Sequence record: SRR2962707_792
Length of the DNA stretch: 62,375 bases
Direction: 5' to 3' (one strand)
Below the pieces are notes generated by a model. The model was given only the letters and a program-made list of their open reading frames with translations, was not told the DNA's origin and did not search any database. How positions within the stretch are numbered: the first letter of the stretch is position 1; each line of letters begins with the position of its first letter. A program made the position numbers and the translations under genes. Shown here in pieces: positions 58,490-62,375 of this stretch.

Positions 58490-58503
58490 TTGACCTGTGT
58501 CAA
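58490..58503. promoter_or_regulatory. FNR/FnrL box upstream of ccoG
   Basis: TTGAC-CTGT-GTCAA palindrome 66 bp upstream of ccoG. Confidence 0.8.
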
Positions 58504-58523
58504 ATTCTGAGTCTTGTATCTAT

Positions 58524-59396
58524 CTATTTCCGGGCTTCCCTACGTAACCACGTTAAAAGAGTGCGAACCGAAGGGCGCAAGTCACCATGTGGATAGACCA
58601 AATGGTACCCGGCATCGCGGGCATCCTCGAACAAGCTGATCAGACGGCCATCCTTGATGTCGTTCTCCACCCAGATTCGGGCGGTGATGGCAATTCCCTG
58701 ACCGCCGCGTACAGCGTCTAACATGAGATTTCCGGGTAGATGCATCAGGTTGCCGACCCGTGCACCCGTCACGCCATGGGCAATTAGCCAGGCCGAAGAC
58801 TCCGATGTTCCCAGTTCTTGCAGCCAAGGGTATTCAAGTAGGTCCTCTGGGCGATCTGGTTGATTACCGACGATCAAAGAAGGCGCGGCGACGGCAACCA
58901 TCGGAGAGGCAACCAGCGGTTCGCTGCAAAAGCCGGCCCAATTGCCTGAACCATAGCGAATAGTGGCATCGACGCCGCCTTTTCCCGGCGTCACAAGGTC
59001 CGGGCTGGCGCTGATCATGATTTCCCTTTCGGGGTAGACCTCTCTGAATCCAGAGATCCGAGGCATCAACCAATTGGCGGCAAAACTGGCCGTTGTGTTG
59101 ATATGTAGCGGGCGCGCTTCTTCTGCGCCTTTTAGCGCGTCGACCGTCTCTGCGATCCGCGAAAACCCATCGGAAAGCGCCTCTGCCAACAGCCGCCCTT
59201 CCATGGTGAGGGACATGGCCCGATTCGAGCGATCCAGCAGGGAAACCCCCATGAACCCTTCAAGGTTCCGCAATTGTTGGCTGATGGCCGCATGGCTGAC
59301 GTTCAGCATCGCGCCAGCTTGGGCAACTGAGCTAGTTTCAGAAAAGGCGGAAAACGCGCGCAGCGCAGAGAGTGGGGGGAGCTTGAGCCAGTTCAT
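58524..59396 (-). CDS. LysR-family regulator (GcvA-like)
   Basis: LPPLSALRAF, VSHAAISQQ, FAANWLMPR, IRYG.GNW. Confidence 0.92.
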   Translation of the reverse strand: MNWLKLPPLSALRAFSAFSETSSVAQAGAMLNVSHAAISQQLRNLEGFMGVSLLDRSNRAMSLTMEGRLLAEALSDGFSRIAETVDALKGAEEARPLHINTTASFAANWLMPRISGFREVYPEREIMISASPDLVTPGKGGVDATIRYGSGNWAGFCSEPLVASPMVAVAAPSLIVGNQPDRPEDLLEYPWLQELGTSESSAWLIAHGVTGARVGNLMHLPGNLMLDAVRGGQGIAITARIWVENDIKDGRLISLFEDARDAGYHLVYPHGDLRPSVRTLLTWLRREARK

Positions 59397-59399
59397 ATG

Positions 59400-59412
59400 T
59401 AAGTTCAACTTA
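59400..59412. promoter_or_regulatory. LysR T-N11-A box
   Basis: Perfect palindrome TAAGTT-C-AACTTA just upstream of the lysR ATG. Confidence 0.7.
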
Positions 59413-59495
59413 ACTATGTGAATCATTCCTGAGTCGCATGAAGTCAATAAATAAACAATAAAAAAGGCAGGATCGTATGAATGGAAGGATAGAAA

Positions 59496-59624
59496 ATGAT
59501 TAGTATTTTTGCACAATCCATGATGACTGCGACTCGTCAAGCGCCTGAGGCTCCGTCTTCCAGATGGCATGTCTTTTGGGATTGGCGGCGAAGTGAGCAG
59601 GCAAAAGGAACCCGCAGATCGTGA
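59496..59624 (+). CDS. 42-aa small protein divergent from LysR
   Basis: GGAAGGA RBS; MISIFAQSMMTATRQAPEAPSSRWHVFWDWRRSEQAKGTRRS*. Confidence 0.6.
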   Translation: MISIFAQSMMTATRQAPEAPSSRWHVFWDWRRSEQAKGTRRS

Positions 59625-59879
59625 CAGCCTGTGAGGCAGGGAATGGCGGGCTGACACAGATTGTGACAAGTCTTTGGGATTCACGATAAATGGCCACATT
59701 GGGTCATGTGTCAGGAATGTGACGACAGGCAGAAGCCCGCCAAAGGCTGGTCAAGATGCCGACACAGTTCTGCCCAAGAAGCAAAAATTGACGCTAACTT
59801 GCACCGCAACTTGTTGATTTCGTGGAAAACTGACACAAATCTGAACGCGCCTGACAAAAACCTGACGTTGCTCGTGCCC

Positions 59880-59984
59880 ATGATGCCTTTTAGATTCAGT
59901 ATTAGCTCAAGAAGTCTCATGGGGATGCGGCGACTGATGCGGTTTGGTGAACTGCTCTGCAATTTACCCCCTGTACGAAGGTAA
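59880..59984 (+). CDS. Possible small Arg-rich peptide (34 aa, or 21 aa from ATG 59919)
   Basis: ..MGMRRLMRFGELLCNLPPVRR* followed directly by an RNA hairpin and terminator; no strong RBS. Confidence 0.4.
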   Translation: MMPFRFSISSRSLMGMRRLMRFGELLCNLPPVRR

Positions 59985-59987
59985 CCT

Positions 59988-60074
59988 GGGCGGAGCGGCC
60001 ATTAAACCGTTTCGCCCGCCACTAGAACGAAAAAACACGCGCGCTGGCATTCACCAACGCGCGTGTCTTTTTTT
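59988..60074 (+). ncRNA. Structured RNA 3' end: GU-containing hairpin plus intrinsic terminator
   Basis: GGGCGGAGCGG/CCGTTTCGCCC (two G-U pairs on + strand); ACACGCGCG/CGCGCGTGT followed by T7. Confidence 0.5.
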
Positions 60075-60164
60075 GTAGTGTCGGAAACCTAGGAAACGCG
60101 CGAACAAGACAGGCTTCCGACACCTGACCTTCGAACGCTGCCGCCCGAAGGTGTCTCTTAGCGC

Positions 60165-61037
60165 CTATTCGACAGTGGCTTCCCCACCGCCCAGGCCATG
60201 AACATAGGTTGCCACCGCCCGAATTTCGGCTTCGGACAAACGGTCGTTCCAAGCTGGCATGACGCCAAAGCGGGCATTGGTTACGGTGTCTACAAGCGTG
60301 TCGTAGTCACCCCCAAAGAGCCAAATCGCGTCGGTCAGGTTAGGTGCACCCTGGTACCGATCGCCTGTGCCGTCTTCTCCATGGCAGGACGAGCAATTAT
60401 CTTCGAAGACAATCGCACCTTCGGCAACTTGGGTTGCATCCTGAGGCGCTCCGGACAAAGACAAGACGTAATTGACGACCTGAGGAATCTGTTCTGGTTC
60501 CAGCATGTCTGCAAACGCGGGCATTTCTGAGTAACGTGCATCATCGTCGGTTGTGTTGCGAATACCGTGGTTGATCGTTGTGTAAATCGCCTCGATATCG
60601 CCACCCCAGAGCCAGTCGTCATCCAGCAGGTTGGGATAACCAACGGCACCCGCAGCGCCCGAACCGTGACACTGCGCGCACCATGTCCGGAACACCGCCC
60701 CACCGGCCGAGTTGGCATAGTGCTGAAGGTCCGTGTTGGCGCTGATTTCTGTCAATTCAGCCGCTGCCAGCTGTGCGTTGATCTCAGCATTTGACGCTTC
60801 GACCGCCGCAAGCTCTTCGGCAACCTGGCCTCGAGTTGAGAACCCAAGGAATCCAGGTGTTGCAGACGAAATGCCAGGCCAGGCGGGGTAAAGAACCGAG
60901 TAGCCAATGCCCCAAACGATACAGGCGTAGAACGTGTACAACCACCATCTGGGCAAGGGCTTATTGTATTCTCTGATACCGTCCCATTCATGACCGGTTG
61001 TCTCATAGTCGAGATCGTCTTCGCGTTTATCGCTCAT
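60165..61037 (-). CDS. ccoP: cbb3 oxidase subunit III
   Basis: [19 protein letters not shown]. Confidence 0.97.
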   Translation of the reverse strand: MSDKREDDLDYETTGHEWDGIREYNKPLPRWWLYTFYACIVWGIGYSVLYPAWPGISSATPGFLGFSTRGQVAEELAAVEASNAEINAQLAAAELTEISANTDLQHYANSAGGAVFRTWCAQCHGSGAAGAVGYPNLLDDDWLWGGDIEAIYTTINHGIRNTTDDDARYSEMPAFADMLEPEQIPQVVNYVLSLSGAPQDATQVAEGAIVFEDNCSSCHGEDGTGDRYQGAPNLTDAIWLFGGDYDTLVDTVTNARFGVMPAWNDRLSEAEIRAVATYVHGLGGGEATVE

Positions 61038-61234
61038 GTCCGAGTCTCCTTTGTTGCGGCCGGCTCAGCAGCCGCAGGTTTGTCTTCATGTCGGAACGGG
61101 ATGCCGGCGGTCTCTTTGTGGGCGGCACTGCTGCCGGGGCGGAAAGCCCAGAAAACAGCGCCCAAAAAGAACACAAACAAGGCAAGCAAGGTCCAACTAT
61201 CGGCGAACTCTCTGAGAAGGGAATAGGTTTCCAT
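61034..61234 (-). CDS. ccoQ: cbb3 oxidase subunit IV
   Basis: [20 protein letters not shown]. Confidence 0.95.
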   Translation of the reverse strand: METYSLLREFADSWTLLALFVFFLGAVFWAFRPGSSAAHKETAGIPFRHEDKPAAAEPAATKETRT

Positions 61235-61244
61235 AATGTCCTCC

Positions 61245-61973
61245 TTAGCGGCTTGCGTCTGGGGTAAAGGTCGAGAAGTCGACCAAAGTTCCCAGCATTT
61301 GCAGGTAAGCGATAAGCGCGTCGGCTTCGGAAATGCCCGGTTGACCGTCAAAGTTGCGAACGTTCACATCCTCGCCGTACCGTTCCATCAACCCGTCGTA
61401 GTCGCTGTCCGGATCGGCCTGAGCGGTAAAGTCTTCCATACCGTTGTCGACCATCGCTTCCGTATACGGCACACCAACAATCTTATGTGTCCCCATCAGA
61501 TCTTCGACGTATTTGCCGTCAATTAACTTGGCTTCGAGGAAGGCATATTTTGGCATAACCGATTCAGGAACAACCGATTGTGGGTCGCGCAAGTGATCCA
61601 CGTGCCAGTCATCCGAGTAACGTCCACCCAACCGGGCCAAGTCTGGTCCCGTCCGTTTTGACCCCCATTGGAATGGATGGTCGTACATCGATTCCGCAGC
61701 TAGGCTGTAGTGGCCATAACGCTCTACTTCGTCCGGCATTGGGCGGATCATCTGACTGTGACAGACATAGCAGCCTTCACGGATATAGATGTCGCGCCCT
61801 GCCAGTTCGAGCGGTGTATAGGGGCGCATGCCTTCTACTTTCTCGATCGTGTTATCGAGGTAGAATAGTGGCACAATCTGCACCAGCCCCCCGATGGTCA
61901 CCACAAGAAAGGCGAACACCAAGAGCAAGGTTGCGTTCTTTTCGAGAACGGCGTGTTTGTCGAGAATACCCAT
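61245..61973 (-). CDS. ccoO: cbb3 oxidase subunit II
   Basis: [21 protein letters not shown]. Confidence 0.97.
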   Translation of the reverse strand: MGILDKHAVLEKNATLLLVFAFLVVTIGGLVQIVPLFYLDNTIEKVEGMRPYTPLELAGRDIYIREGCYVCHSQMIRPMPDEVERYGHYSLAAESMYDHPFQWGSKRTGPDLARLGGRYSDDWHVDHLRDPQSVVPESVMPKYAFLEAKLIDGKYVEDLMGTHKIVGVPYTEAMVDNGMEDFTAQADPDSDYDGLMERYGEDVNVRNFDGQPGISEADALIAYLQMLGTLVDFSTFTPDASR

Positions 61974-61987
61974 TTAATCGGCCCTCC

Positions 61988-62375
61988 TTATTCGGCCGGG
62001 GTGGCATGTGCGGCGGCGGCGTCGGCTTGAACGGCCGGGCTACGCTTCACTGTCATCCACAGGTTGTAGGCCATGATCAGGGCTCCAGAGAGGTACATGA
62101 CCCCACCAAGACCGCGTACCACGTACATTGGGAATTTGGCGGCAACGGTGTCTGCGAAAGAATTCACAAGGAAACCATTGGCATCAACTTCACGCCACAT
62201 CAGGCCTTCCATAATCCCGGTGACCCACATCGAAGCCGCGTACAAAACGATGCCGATTGTGGCGAGCCAGAAGTGCCAAGACACCAGGCCAAGGCTATAC
62301 AGACGCTCACGATTCCAGAGTTTTGGCACCAGATAGTACAGAGCACCAAAGGTGATCATGCCGTTCCAGCCAAGC
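61988..62375 (-). CDS. ccoN: cbb3 oxidase subunit I, C-terminal part (5' outside window)
   Basis: [26 protein letters not shown]. Confidence 0.96.
   Translation of the reverse strand, partial: LGWNGMITFGALYYLVPKLWNRERLYSLGLVSWHFWLATIGIVLYAASMWVTGIMEGLMWREVDANGFLVNSFADTVAAKFPMYVVRGLGGVMYLSGALIMAYNLWMTVKRSPAVQADAAAAHATPAE

Noticed and set aside
59397-59699. N-terminal extension of the LysR ORF to 391 aa
   Set aside because: The HTH begins at MNWLKLPP (59396); the extension overlaps the promoter and the opposite-strand small ORF
1-62375. CRISPR array, IS element, integrase, prophage or rRNA genes
   Set aside because: No regularly spaced repeats and no transposase, recombinase, phage or rRNA signatures seen

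Overview
Chromosomal window from a marine Roseobacter-group alphaproteobacterium (inferred from gene content and order). It opens in the 3' half of tRNA-Arg(ACG). An island-like accessory stretch follows (~0.1-16.8 kb, no integrase in the window): an orphan membrane-anchored protein, a Cys-tailed ECF sigma with a secreted SnoaL protein, several AraC/GlxA regulator-target pairs, a divergent enolase-superfamily enzyme, a Pho-box plcP-btaA-btaB betaine-lipid module and a TetR-pspA-yiaAB module. Next come nadABC, an Hsp70-family gene, DUF4386/MDR/LysR and choXWV. A sulfoquinovose monooxygenase cluster follows (smoABCD plus a probable NAD+-dependent SQase), whose downstream TRAP/Sel1/di-haem peroxidase arm is decaying and includes an in-frame dctM-dctP deletion fusion. 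The rest is mostly core: phnA-like, dtd, pfkB, hsp20, a partly duplicated XpaC-TelA-DUF2927-SPFH-Zn-ribbon operon, RNA-modification genes, hemF, clpS, a DD-carboxypeptidase and ccoNOQP / ccoGHIS. A LysR gene with two unannotated small ORFs and a structured RNA element splits the two cco blocks. Gene names come from motif recognition and recall; no database search was run.
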